Source of the DNA: Lepidodermella squamata
Taxonomy: Eukaryota > Animalia > Gastrotricha
Direction: 5' to 3'
NCBI GenBank assembly: GCA_047495785.1
Contig: JBLDXI010000017.1
Span: forward strand, 2,604,001-2,668,000
DNA: 64,000 nucleotides
The notes beneath the pieces are model-generated. The model saw only the letters and a list, made by a program, of their open reading frames with translations. It ran no database searches and was not told the origin of the DNA. Shown here piece after piece: positions 12,301 through 23,474 of this stretch. Within the stretch, counting starts at the first letter, position 1; every line of letters starts with the position of its first letter. Position numbers and translations under genes: made by a program.

Positions 12301-13577
12301 ATCAATCTTTGCGCTGCAGAAACAATTGGCTGAACTAGAGGCAGAAGTAACGAAAAACGACGAAGTACTTGCGGCAGAACGTCCAGTATACGCTGCGCTT
12401 AAGCAGGAGTATGCCGATCGAACAGTCGAATGTGAACGGTTGAAGCGAGAAGTAGTCGGTAAGGAAATTTTAATAACTTCGAATGTTGTAAGCTACGTCT
12501 CTTGGCGTTGTCAACTAATTTAATTACGACAGATATCGTCATTGGTGAGCTTAGTTATTTACTAGATCATATAAGTTCTAGCATGAACCGTTATGTTCCT
12601 TTTATTTTCCCTTGAAACCCTTGAATTGCGATTTATCAACTGAATTTTGTTGCATTAAGATGGATTAACACTGCCTCAGGGTAAGAGTCGGTCTGCGTCT
12701 GTCGGTTTTCTGTTTTAGAAAAAATATTTTTATCGCACATCGTACAATTATTTTAATCACCTTGTTCCACTTTATTGGGACATATTCTAATTTTCGAACT
12801 CTGAATTCAGTGAAAAAGGGAAGGGTCGCTGATCTGGAGGCAAAGCTGAAAGCTGCCAACGACTATATCAAGCATTTCCCGAAGCTGCATGTAAGACAAA
12901 CGTGAATTGAATGATATAAAATTTTCAAATTGTTTGTTGTTCAGGAAGCCCTCGAGGAAGACGTCGCCAAATCGGACAAAGATTTTGACTTCAAGAAAAA
13001 GTGGTGGCACAGCGAAATAATGGAGGTCGAGAAGCAAATCGTCGAAAATTGGACGAAATTGAAGCAGGTCATTCTTGAGAACGATCACTTCAACAAGGCT
13101 GTCAATGACGTGGAGGCTAAAATAAAGCGCACCGAATCGTTGATAGCAACAAACCAAATGCGTCAACCAGCTGTCGGCGATAGAATAGCGAGAGAACGCG
13201 AGGCGATGGAGGACCAATTTGCCAAGTTCAAAGAGTCTCAAGAAGTACGAAAAATCACTCAAACCCTATTTTATTTTTATTTAATGAATAACTTTTAATA
13301 GCAAATTCGTTCTCTCGACACGATTGACCTCAACAGATATTTAGTCATTGCCGAGATAACGGGCGATCGGCTTGACTGTGTCACGGAAGTTTTCGATCAG
13401 CTCAATAATAACATTAACGCCCTGAGGGAATTTCTCGAAATACTCAGCGGGCAGCGTAAACCAGGTATTTTCCAGGAATCTTAATTTTTTTTTTTTTTAA
13501 TTCATGTGTATTTTTTAGAACCACCCAAAGTTGTCCGTTTCGATGATGACGAGCCGCTCTTAAGCATTAACGCCTGA
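6361..13577 (+). CDS. Multi-exon long coiled-coil protein, CCDC175-like; large introns 6608-7782 and 9165-11709
   Basis: Exons join in frame: MMMIAESND...IVAEL|EERRKKLHEFLELESIKTSQL...DAVLAARQLNL...ELNKQLMKKAEKQIMLNE...ERAE, ending VVRFDDDEPLLSINA*. The LE.ES, AR.LNL and ERAE spacing recalls CCDC175 from memory. Glu/Lys-rich heptads run throughout. Confidence 0.65.
6817..7307. repeat. 25-bp direct repeat AAAAAGGGGGGTTGTAAACGGGACG (6817-6841 and 7283-7307) in an enlarged intron; probable TE remnant
   Basis: Exact repeat visible twice, each preceded by a similar TAATTT..CAAAG. Confidence 0.7.
10329..11480 (+). CDS. Myb/SANT-like (MSANTD/trihelix-type) DNA-binding protein nested in an intron of the coiled-coil gene
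   Basis: Uninterrupted 383-aa ORF. F....LTFMLDWY...KSTLWAMVSDEI...VNASECALRFRLMRSRW...CFKEWFDRVIG fits the Myb/SANT-like helical Trp pattern, followed by a Ser-rich linker and a C-terminal coiled coil. Confidence 0.8.
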   Translation: MKSNKPVNLATTSNFPLFPVDVGQFVLGGRQDAVSTVDNQIGDDYDDLVETASMDASNNSADAAELTAPETPRITPNKSQPARGEIRFSRPVLTFMLDWYEQHLDLFKGNETQKSTLWAMVSDEIIQKFGVQVNASECALRFRLMRSRWRMVNQHNKKVDCKKKKTMCFKEWFDRVIGPAKELKDDAVCDVAKNENETVINSAQGENQDAVFDLSNCTSGLLMLKAPPEASYTPHQELAQSRLLLSRPPTKRSHSTSSSSSQLSETEFPSDISTPVKPAGNLRPAGTATMVTCASTSTNRTQSNIAQWPDRTPHRQENAYEIVGDKLDKVTEMLERIYDLQSRQLSIETRNHEEHMTMLREVVRALNRQSPTAAQLKQGQSKL

Positions 13578-13655
13578 TTTTCCAAATTAACACTCATGTG
13601 ATATTTTTATTCTATTTTTATATCAATCGATGTCAATAAATAAAGTAATTCTTAT

Positions 13656-15008
13656 TCAATGCATCAACAAATCAGTTATCCGAGAATGAATAGGGAAAGT
13701 TGTGCCGCTGTGACACTTGTCCAACGGATCGTGGTCTATTTGAAGGCTCCATATCATTATTCCTCCGAATTGGTTGTCCTTCAAGTAATTCACCTTAGCT
13801 TCAAGGCTGTTGAAATCGTCGAATGAGTACCAGTCGAGATCATTATACGCATAAGGTGACTGCAAACATTATTTTGAGACTTCAACAACGACAAAATTAC
13901 CGCAGTTTACCTTGGCAAATGGATCCCACTTGTGCTCGGTACCATTTCTCGCTAGAAAAGCGCAAATATCGGGAAAGTTGAGAGTAGGCGGTTTGGCTGC
14001 CGAGCTTGCAAATTAAACTTTGATTATCGACAACTGACCTAGGTAAAAAAAATTACGTTGCCATAGCAGCTATTCCGTGGTCTTCTGTCGAACGCAGCCG
14101 CCAACCATGAGCGTAGGCAGGTAGGCCTAATACTAGTTTTTCTCTAGGCATTCCATTCGCCACATAAAAGCGGGCTGACCAATCTAAGTTCAGGGTATCG
14201 CCGAAGAATTTGCTGTCGTTCTGCGAAGCAAAAAGCGCTGAATGGTGCCCCGTTATGAAAAATCTCTCCTCCCAAGCCCGATAATCGTAGCCCTATCAAC
14301 AGCATGGTGTAACATTCGCCAAAATGATAGGTATCTAATTCACCATGATGCTCAGGAAATCTAGACTTTTTGCCAACTTTGGAATGTTGTAGCCTTCTTC
14401 GATGAGGAAATCGACGCCAGCTCCAGCCATCGACAAAATCAAGGGCCTGCCAGTGGCGTCGAAAGCCGACCGTAAGGTTAGAAGCATATCGGCAAAAGGT
14501 TCCTTATCCGCTTCTCCTGGGAATCTAAAAAATCTTATTGCGCGGCTTCAATTTGAAAGCATTACTATACTCAAAATCAAAATCGAATCCATCCAACGTA
14601 GACTCTCGAAGAAAGGCAACCGATGTATCAGCAAACCTTTTCCGGACTGCCTGAAATATTAGTTATTTTCAGATTTCATGCCATTTCCAACGAGCAAACC
14701 TCGTTTTTTATAACAAAGTCGAACGAACCGCTAAATTCAATCAAAAGTTTGAAGCCATGCGTGTGGCGGGCTATTTTGAGCTCGTCAACAGCAGCTTTGT
14801 CTGCTGCATCAAGCCATTGAAACGAAAACCTGCCGCAATCGAACCCAATCCCATAGAAGATCAGATGTGAGCATACTGTCAAATTCAACTGTGAAACAGG
14901 TAAACCAGTCGGAGCGTAATAGTAGCAGACTCGTTTGAACGTGGAATTAGCTCCAGCCAAGGCAACACCGAATATTAAAATAATCAAAAATTGGCAGCAA
15001 TGAAACAT
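13656..15008 (-). CDS. Secreted GH18 chitinase, copy A (multi-exon, no chitin-binding domain)
   Basis: Signal peptide, KRVCYY, LDGFDFDFE|FP (split by an intron), IM|GYDY, SPYAY..W.SFDD, GGIMIWSL. Confidence 0.88.
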
Positions 15009-15186
15009 TAACGCTTCGAAAAGAAAGATTTATTCGAATGAAATTGATCGTAAAAAGCAGTGAAAACGATGATTGAACTTTTTGGGCTGTCAGCCGCAGC
15101 TCAAAGACCAGGAAATTGCAGTAGTAACGTAATCAAATGATCAAATCAAAACAAAGTAAAGCTTTAAAATATGTCTGAATGGAAAA

Positions 15187-16585
15187 TCAAGCCAGCAGAA
15201 GATCCGTTAAATGAGAGTGGTAAGGAAACAAATTTCCTGTTTGGCACGCGTTTTTAGGGTCGTAATCTCCTGGCAGGCTCCAAATCATGGCGCCGCCAAA
15301 GCCGTTAGATTTCATGTAGTTGATCTTGACCTCGATACTCTTGAAATCGTCGAAGCAATACCACCTTTTACCATTATAAGCGTAGGGTGACTGCAAAAAA
15401 TATTAGAAAAAAGGATTGGTTTCGAGATTCAATGCTCAAAGTATTATTACCTGTGCGTACGAATCCCACACACGAGTCGTTCCATTTGTCCTCAGGAAGG
15501 TACAAATGTCAGGAAAATTGATTGTCGGAGGGTTGGCAGTTCCACTATAAGAGTGGAGAGAACGTAAAATTATAATATAAGGCGTCCGATTCGAAATGAA
15601 TAAAATTAGAGCTGTTCAATGCTGATTTTCTCCTGATTTACTTTTTTTAGTTACAAGAGTGACCCCAGTGGGAAAACTTACGTTGCCGGTGCGAAAAGAC
15701 CAGTGTCCAAGGTCGTTAATAACGAGTAGCTGTGGGCGTAAGTTGGCATGCCAAGGATTATCTTCTCTTTCGGGAAGCCATGGGATGCGAAATAATTGGC
15801 TGACCAGTTCAAATTCAGAGTGTTCATGTATATTGTGTCGTATTTTGTAGCATACAGTGGCGAGTGATGCGCTGTCACGAAGAACTTTTCCTCCCACGAC
15901 CGATAATCATATCCCTGGAAAAAATTCCTATCAACACTGTTAGGAGCTTAGCATAATAATTGACATACCATGATATCAAGGAGATCGACGCTTTTCGCGA
16001 GTGAAGGAATGTCGTAACTCTCAAGTATTAGCAGTTCATTCCCACTCGCAGCTATACTAATCAGTAAACCAGCGCCAGATGAGTCAAATGTTTGCCGAAG
16101 GGTAGACAACAGATTTGCAAACGGTTCTTTGTATTTGCCCTTCGGAAATTCCCAATCGAAGTCTAATCCATCCAGTTTATTAGCAATTATAAACTTGGTG
16201 GCAGCCTCTGAGAAACGGGTCATATTTTCCTGAGAAAAACACAATCATAGAATTTTTAGAATTGACTCGAAAATGATCCAACCTGAGAGCCAGTTATTTC
16301 CTGTAGAATTCCTCCCGTTACAGCCCACAGTTTGAACCCATATTTAGCCCTGGCTGTCTTCAGAAGTTCAATTGTAGGTGCGTCTTCCGGTTTAGGCCAG
16401 TAAAATGTGTTCGCGTCGTTGTCGTATTGCATGAAGTAGTAAATGATGTGCGTGCATACAGTGAAATTCAAGTTCGAAGCAGGCAAAGTCAATGGGTCGT
16501 AGTAGTAACAAACTCGTTTGAAAGGCGATGCTGTTTCTGCAGCAACCACAGCCCCAAGCGCAACAATAATCAATAATTTAATCAT
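15187..16585 (-). CDS. Secreted GH18 chitinase, copy B
   Basis: Signal peptide, KRVCYY, LDGLDFDWEFP, KIILGMPTY, GFGGAMIWSL. Confidence 0.9.
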
Positions 16586-16652
16586 GAATAAACTACTTGG
16601 AAAGCAATTTTATTAAATCGTGTAACAAACAAGAGATTAAACGTAAAAAAGA

Positions 16653-18043
16653 TTACAAAGGAGATAATTCGACTTGAAATTCTTGATCATCGGTCAACAA
16701 TTGAGCAAAGTAGGCATGCATAGGAAAACAACTCTTCCTCCCACAGGAATGATTGAAGTCAGCATCAGCGTTAAGGCTAAACAGCATAACGCCGCCAAAG
16801 AGATTCGATTTGATGTACTTAGCCTTCACAGATGCGCTTTGGAAATCATCAAACGAGTACCAATTGGAACCGCGACTCGCATAAGGGACCTTAAATGATA
16901 AATTACCCACTGAGCTGAAAAATCAACGAAATGCATACAAACCTTAGCATAGTCGTCCCAGTTCAATATCGTATCATTCTGTTTCAGTAATTCGCAAATT
17001 TCAGGCATAAATAGCTCTTCTGGTGTTGCTGGCCCTCTAGCTGGGGCGTAAAGCGTATTTATTTTTGGGCATATCAGCTTCCAACCGATAGAATAAGTTG
17101 GAACGCCAATTACAATCTTGCTTCGATCCACTCCATTGTCCAAGTAGTAGCTGGCAGTCCAATTAACATTTAGTTTGCGTAGATATAAAAAGTCACGCTT
17201 GGAAGGGTAGAGAGGAGAATGGTGGCCAGTCACGATATACTTGTATTCCCAAGCTCGGTACGAATAGCCCATAATGGATAAAAAATCGAGAGTCTGGTTC
17301 AAAACAGGTATTTCGTAACCTGTAGCGCTCTGTAAGAATGATTATTTGACAATTAAAAACTGCTAACCATCGACCATGAGATCCTCGATAGCAGCTGCTG
17401 CTATACTCAGCGATAGCTTGGGCTCAATGTTATCAAAAGCTTTCCGCAAAGCACGCAGAATCGTCGAGAACTTCCCTTTATCTGATGTTGAAGGATATCT
17501 AAATTAGATTCTAGGAATTTTAGAATGCTTGGTATGGTACTGCAAATAATTACTCCCAGTCCAAGTCTAGTCCGTCCATTCCATAGTGACGCAAAAATCT
17601 AACGGCTTCTGTTGCAAACGCATCGATTTTCTCCTGGAACCATCAATTAATGTTCAGTCAAATGACAATGCGTAATTCCTCACTAGCGAATTTCCGATTT
17701 CAGGATCAACACCCGCAAACCCATGACCACCCAACAGCCTGAACTGCGCTGTCTTTTGAGCTATTTTCAGCCATGAAATTGCGGGCAGATCGTATGACGG
17801 CTTTGAAAAATTCAGCGAGCCGTTTGAATACCTTAAGCCTGGGTTTCAAAAAGCTGTTAGCTTCGTTGGCGCGTTTACCAGCTTACCGTAATATATCAAA
17901 TCAGTGCAAAGAGTCACGTCCAATTTCTCGACTGGCAGATTTTCAGGTTCGTAGTAGTAACAAACTCTTCGATAATAGACACTGGATGCCGAGTCAATGC
18001 AAAGCAAGAGAAAACAAGTAAATATTATTTTGAATAAAAACAT
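16653..18043 (-). CDS. Secreted GH18 chitinase or chitinase-like protein, copy C
   Basis: Signal peptide, RRVCYY, MDGLDLDWE|YP, KIVIGVPTY, WYSFDD, FGGVMLFSL. Confidence 0.88.
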
Positions 18044-18606
18044 CTAATAATCAATGTTCATTCGTGAATTTATTAAATAAATCATTACTTCGCGTAATTT
18101 TCCCATCTCATTCAACTTCAGGCGCAACAAAATTTGAGTTTCCGATAAAATTATTCTTTCATAGGCACAACCGCAATTTATTAGAAAATTATGCACGTGT
18201 GAAATTCTCGTCAGCTTAGTTCGTCGATTTCAATTGAAAACCTTAAGTCGCATATATATGTAATACTTGAGCAGCGAAACATTATGACATGTAATTATTT
18301 GCTTAGAGAAATGAATCTTTGTGTCCCGTAGAAAATAAGCCAGCGAAAAGCTGGTGAGTTCAAGAATCAATTATTCATAAAATAAATAGGGCTGTAATTT
18401 TAACAATACAAAATATCATATGTTATCTCCTTTCCACACAAAATATCACTCATAATTTACGCTCGTTAAAATTTACTCGCATCTAGTTAAGCACTACAAC
18501 TTCGCCCGTTTTTTAAGAGATATATTTGTTTCAAGCAGTTACTGATTCCGAACTGAGTGACACGAACTTCATGTCAGACGAAACGCAAATGCGATTGAGT
18601 TGAAAG

Positions 18607-19746
18607 TTATAAGGTAGCATTTGCAGCCACACATTTATAATTTAGCGGTTCTTCCAAAGGAACAACCAGCACGGAAGGATAAGCGGTCAAGTAATCTTGA
18701 GAAGACAAGCCTAGTAAAATGAACGGATATGTCGTAATAACGAGAATTGTGTAAGCGATCAGCGTGTACGAAATCAAGTAGAAAGGTATTTCGTATGGTC
18801 CCCAGCGTTTGATTGAAACGCCCTTTGGAGGCTGCAAAGAGGGAAAGTTGTTGATGATACTGGTCAAAAAAGAGTGCAGCACTACCCTTGAGCCAGATCT
18901 AACTAAAAGAGCAGCTGGTAAACCTAGAGCAAATCTCAGCAAACAGCGAGAGATTCTTGTCAGCGAAAAGGCATCATTCGGAAACGGTAATGATCTAGAC
19001 GGTAGATGACACGGAAGCTGAATGATTCCCAGATCCCAATAAAACTTGTTAGCCAAATACATGGCCAACAATACCCCCAACAGCCGACATGTGTCCGCGC
19101 GTAAACCGCAACCATCGTCACAAGGCGTTGGAAAAACGATGGCTAATACAATAGCTCCCAAAACGGCTAAATAAGGATAAGCTAGAAACAGAGCATCCAT
19201 AGGGGTAGCGAATGGATGGAGGAGATACAATAAAATAATTGAAATCGCACTACCAACGACAATATCAGAGAGATAATGCATCCCGAGATATATGCGGCTG
19301 AAAGAAATGTTTAGAGCACTAAATGCCGCGAGAAATATTCCTGTAGCTGCATTTATGTCATACCACTGCATAGTAAAAAACAGGAGCGAAAACGGTAAGG
19401 CAGTTCCAAGACAAGCATGAGTTGATGGCATCGTAGATTCCGCCACGTAGATATGTTCCAATCGAACAACAGGTGGACATGGTGGTCGCGGCCAAGGTGT
19501 GTATGACTTGATCCACTGTCCCACGTACATTGCTGCAACGGTGACAACACATGCATGGCGTAATACGTGATAATCTACATTCCAATTCCAAGTTGGCAAC
19601 ACGACCAGGTAACCATATTCCGCCCCGAATAAAGTCCAAAGCATGAACCAATAATAAACTGTTTTGAACCTGACAGGGTCAGAACCATCAGGCTTAGCAA
19701 CGACTCCGAGCATTGACTGGCACCAGGTAATGATGGCGGTCTCCAT
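18607..19746 (-). CDS. SGPP1: Sphingosine-1-phosphate phosphatase (PAP2 family), intronless CDS
   Basis: PAP2 motifs K......RP (KSYTPWPRP), PSTH and SRIYLGMHYLSD, the SGPP-typical PPVVRLE, and multiple TM segments. Confidence 0.85.
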   Translation of the reverse strand: METAIITWCQSMLGVVAKPDGSDPVRFKTVYYWFMLWTLFGAEYGYLVVLPTWNWNVDYHVLRHACVVTVAAMYVGQWIKSYTPWPRPPCPPVVRLEHIYVAESTMPSTHACLGTALPFSLLFFTMQWYDINAATGIFLAAFSALNISFSRIYLGMHYLSDIVVGSAISIILLYLLHPFATPMDALFLAYPYLAVLGAIVLAIVFPTPCDDGCGLRADTCRLLGVLLAMYLANKFYWDLGIIQLPCHLPSRSLPFPNDAFSLTRISRCLLRFALGLPAALLVRSGSRVVLHSFLTSIINNFPSLQPPKGVSIKRWGPYEIPFYLISYTLIAYTILVITTYPFILLGLSSQDYLTAYPSVLVVPLEEPLNYKCVAANATL

Positions 19747-20844
19747 ACTTGAAGGCTATAATATTGTAAGAAAGCGAGAGCCTAGGTAAAAGGGTAACAG
19801 AAAGGGTGGAAAATTGGTGGCAGAATGACGTGTTTGAAAGCATCTCTCAGATTTTAAAGCTGCGGATTTTCCAAAATGCTACACCGAAGGTAACGTTAAC
19901 GGAGAATGGCTTTACTCTAAACATATCTGAGCGTGATGTGCGGCATTCGCCAAGCGTGATTCCGATCCGCTTGACTGCGCTGTGAAAACAGTCAACAGGT
20001 CGCATAAAAGGAACCTAAGGTATAAGCGAATGACAAAAACAAGTAAAAGATACCGGTAAAATTCAATTTGTTTTCTCGTTATTTTATAGAGCAAATTTTT
20101 TCCCGATTCTAAATAGCCAATGAACCCTATTTTCTTCTTAGGAATGCAGAATTCATTTTCCTTTTTCTTCTTTCGTTTTTGAGTTTTGGCGCGCATGTTC
20201 ACTGCTGGCCGCTGGCTTCAAGTTGTGAAGTTTCTTGGATCTTTTTGGAGAGGAGATGATCGGCAGGGTGAGAGATGAGTTGAGAGTTGAGAGTGACCGT
20301 GCCCTATCTCCTATCTTATCCTCACATATCCGTGGCTCGAGGCGACCATTAAAAGTCATCATCACGTAATGTGGAATGTGGAAAGTGGCTGATAGCTGGT
20401 GCTGGTAGAAGTTTGAACTATTTGCCGTTGAGAAGTTTACTTCTATCACTTTGTTGGCTGTTGGCTTTTGCTCTTCGGGATGTTGGCTGGTTAATTTGTT
20501 TTCTCCGATCTCCGATCTCTGAGCTTTATGCATTTTGCAGCTTCTTGCCTTAATTTGAATTGAGGCAACGTCTCTAATTGACAGTAAGCAGTAAGCTTTC
20601 CGCACGCAATCACTATAATTAGTCGGTAGTCATTGTTTCACGTTACTTAGCTTGTTTCTTGGCTTTTTCAGGAAATCTCAAGCGCATTACAGGGTTGGGT
20701 TTTTGGGTTTAATGTATTGACCTTGGTTCTTGTTGACTTGAAGCAGGGCTCTTTTACTATAATATTCGTTCAATTTTATTCCATTTCTTAGTTCTTAAAT
20801 CTACTCGCTGAACAAACGCTGAATAGTGATTGTTCAACTCAAAA

Positions 20845-21378
20845 ATGACGTCGAAGTTTGAATTTCCATGGCAGTGCAATTTTCCTCCGTTCTATACGAT
20901 TCAAACTCATGAAGAGACTAGAAGAAAACAACTTGACGCTTGGTGCGACCTAATAACTGGCTATTGCAAGGATCAGAGAATATTCTTTTTTACTGTTCCT
21001 GACTGTGAAAAAGTTGTTCCATTTGCTAACGCATCTATAGACAGAAAATTATCCGCCGATGGTTTGTTGGTAGTTTTAGAGGAGCTTAGGCGCCGCGGTC
21101 AAATGTCATGGATTCAAGATGGTGCTTCTGCCGAAAAGCGAACATGTATTGTTCTATGGAGGAGCATCGATGAATGGGCTAGACTTCTCACTGACTCGAT
21201 CCGTCAGCGAGGCTCTCTGTCAACAGTTTGCACGTTATATGAAATCACCGATGGTTCAGATGCACACCCAGAGTTCCAAGGCGTTCCCAAATCTTTACTT
21301 GTAATGATAATTCAGCACTTGGAGAAACAAGGCAAAGCGGCGCTTGTCGGTACAGATGGTGTTAAATTCTCGCTGTAA
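20845..21378 (+). CDS. VPS25: ESCRT-II subunit VPS25
   Basis: FEFPWQCNFPPFYTIQ...KQLDAWCDL, FANASIDRKL, VCTLYEI, and C-terminal DGVKF. Confidence 0.95.
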   Translation: MTSKFEFPWQCNFPPFYTIQTHEETRRKQLDAWCDLITGYCKDQRIFFFTVPDCEKVVPFANASIDRKLSADGLLVVLEELRRRGQMSWIQDGASAEKRTCIVLWRSIDEWARLLTDSIRQRGSLSTVCTLYEITDGSDAHPEFQGVPKSLLVMIIQHLEKQGKAALVGTDGVKFSL

Positions 21379-21493
21379 TTTTATAAATCCGGCTAACCAA
21401 CTATTCTGCTCTCAAATTGCTAACATCTATTATTTGCATAAGTATGACGCTACAAGAAGCAAGCATGATTCAATGTTCAATTTTTTAACGTAG

Positions 21494-21850
21494 ATGTTAC
21501 AATTCTCTGTTGTATCTCGATTGTTGAAAGATGCATCATTGATTTTCTTGCCAATTCGATGCAATGGTAATCGCTTTGCTATTGGTCGAATGCGAAGAAG
21601 AGACTTTGCGCTCACTTATCCCGTGACTTTGGTTCAGCCTGATGGTTCCTCTATCGAGATTCGTTACAAAATTCCAAGAAAAATTATCAAATTACCCGAA
21701 GACTTGTCGAAACTCACAGATGCCGAGCGCCAGCGTAGAATGGAAGCGCGGAAACCGAAGAAAAAGCTTGTTATTGAAGAGGATTTGACCGATAGCTTCG
21801 ACGCCGCTGAATATCTGCAACTTTCCAACAAGCCTCAGTCAAAAAGCTGA
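21494..21850 (+). CDS. MRPL55: Mitochondrial ribosomal protein L55 (bL31m)
   Basis: Basic presequence, then YPVTLVQPDGSSIEIRYKIPRKII.LP.DL..L...ER..R...RKPK. Confidence 0.88.
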   Translation: MLQFSVVSRLLKDASLIFLPIRCNGNRFAIGRMRRRDFALTYPVTLVQPDGSSIEIRYKIPRKIIKLPEDLSKLTDAERQRRMEARKPKKKLVIEEDLTDSFDAAEYLQLSNKPQSKS

Positions 21851-21918
21851 TCATTAGTAAAGCGTTATTTGTTTCAATTCGGATTATTTAGAGTTTTATT
21901 CAATATCATATCGGCAAC

Positions 21919-22793
21919 ATGGGTAATGCTGTAAAAAAGCACGTGGAGATGGCTGGTAAAACCGGGACTTGTACCCTGGTTAATATGGATCTATCGAAGG
22001 TGAAAACCCATTACTTATCCTAGAAAATATCCTATTTACGTTTTGCATCGCAGATCCCACCAGAGATTTTGACTGGTCTCCAAAAGTTGCGGAGCCTGGA
22101 CGTGTCCACGAATAAAATAGCAAAGTTGCCAGACGAAATCGTTACTTTGGTGAACTTGAGAATAGTTAACATAAGTCACAACCGACTAAGTGAGATTCAC
22201 GCGCTTTATGTATCCGCTGTTAAAATTGTTTTCTTTTCAGCGGATCTCCCAGCTGATTTTGGCAAATTAACGAAGCTGGAGAATTTAAACCTGAATGATA
22301 ACCACATTTCTCAATTGCCGTCTACGTTCATTCAGCTGACGGCGTTGCGAATTCTGGACCTCTCTCACAATAATTTTGCCGCATTTCCTGTTGAAGTCTG
22401 CATTCTACCGAAGCTGGACGCCTTATCTCTTGCTTTCAATTTCATTCAAGTCATTCCTGATGGAGTCAGACAATTGCAGGCCGTGGAGCTTGATCTAAAT
22501 AACAATCGAGTAATAATTCATTTAAATTACGTGCTTCGATTTAACTTGAACCTTTTTCACAGCTTGATAGTCTTTCGGAGGCCATTATCGAATGTCCTAG
22601 ATTGAAGGTGCTGAGGGTGGCTAACAATGTTCTGGAATTGCAAGCTTTCACCCCGACGATCATGCGTACTTCGAAAATCAGTACGTTGGCCGTCGATGGA
22701 AATCGTTTCAATGAGAAGCAATTCGAAAAGCACCCTGGTTATGAAGAGTATCTCGATCGTTATACGAAAACAAAAATCAAGCAAGAACATTGA
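21919..22793 (+). CDS. LRRC57: Leucine-rich repeat protein 57 (4 exons)
   Basis: MGNAVKKHVEMAGKTGTCTL N-terminus (myristoylation-type), LRRs, CPRLKVLR, and C-terminal GYEEYLDRYTKTK. Confidence 0.88.
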
Positions 22794-23474
22794 GCTGGCC
22801 TTGTTTTTGTTTATAGTCTTCAGAATGCTTTTTCTATCGTTTGTTCCTGTGCTTTTTGAGAAATGTTCCATGCGTAATGCGCGAATCATCTGGTGTTAAT
22901 TTAATAAATATTCGAGACGGTGTTCGAATGTCTGGCATTTGATAGCAATACAGAAAGCAATATTGACATGGACTCGCGATTCGGAAAGCAGTAATTGGAC
23001 ATTGTTTGTTCACTTTCGTCGCTGATTCATCGCAATAAGGGTGTCTGACGATAAATAGTGTTACTTTCTGTGTTTTGAATGTCAAAAAGCTGTAATAGCG
23101 ACTACGCATTGCGGTGTGAGTGACAAATCACTACATAGTAGATAACTCGAGACGTAATAGTGCTCTTGGTCGTGTACTTGGGGTTTGTCTTATGACTAGG
23201 CGCAAAGGGCGCGGTAGCTATGCTTTTTAGTTGAACAAACAGCCACGCGCAGGTAAAAACACGGAACTAACCTACGACGGAATAAAAAAATATACTGCAC
23301 CCTTATACGGTAAATACGTCCGCCAACGACATAGATACACACTCGGCATCCCCTTCGAGCTTTTTTTCCCATTCTTACCACGTTTTGCTATTAGGCCAAA
23401 CGCGTCAGAGCTGCTATTGTAAAATGTTTTCATAATATTATTTGTATCGCAGGGCTTTGTTTCGGCAGTTTGAC

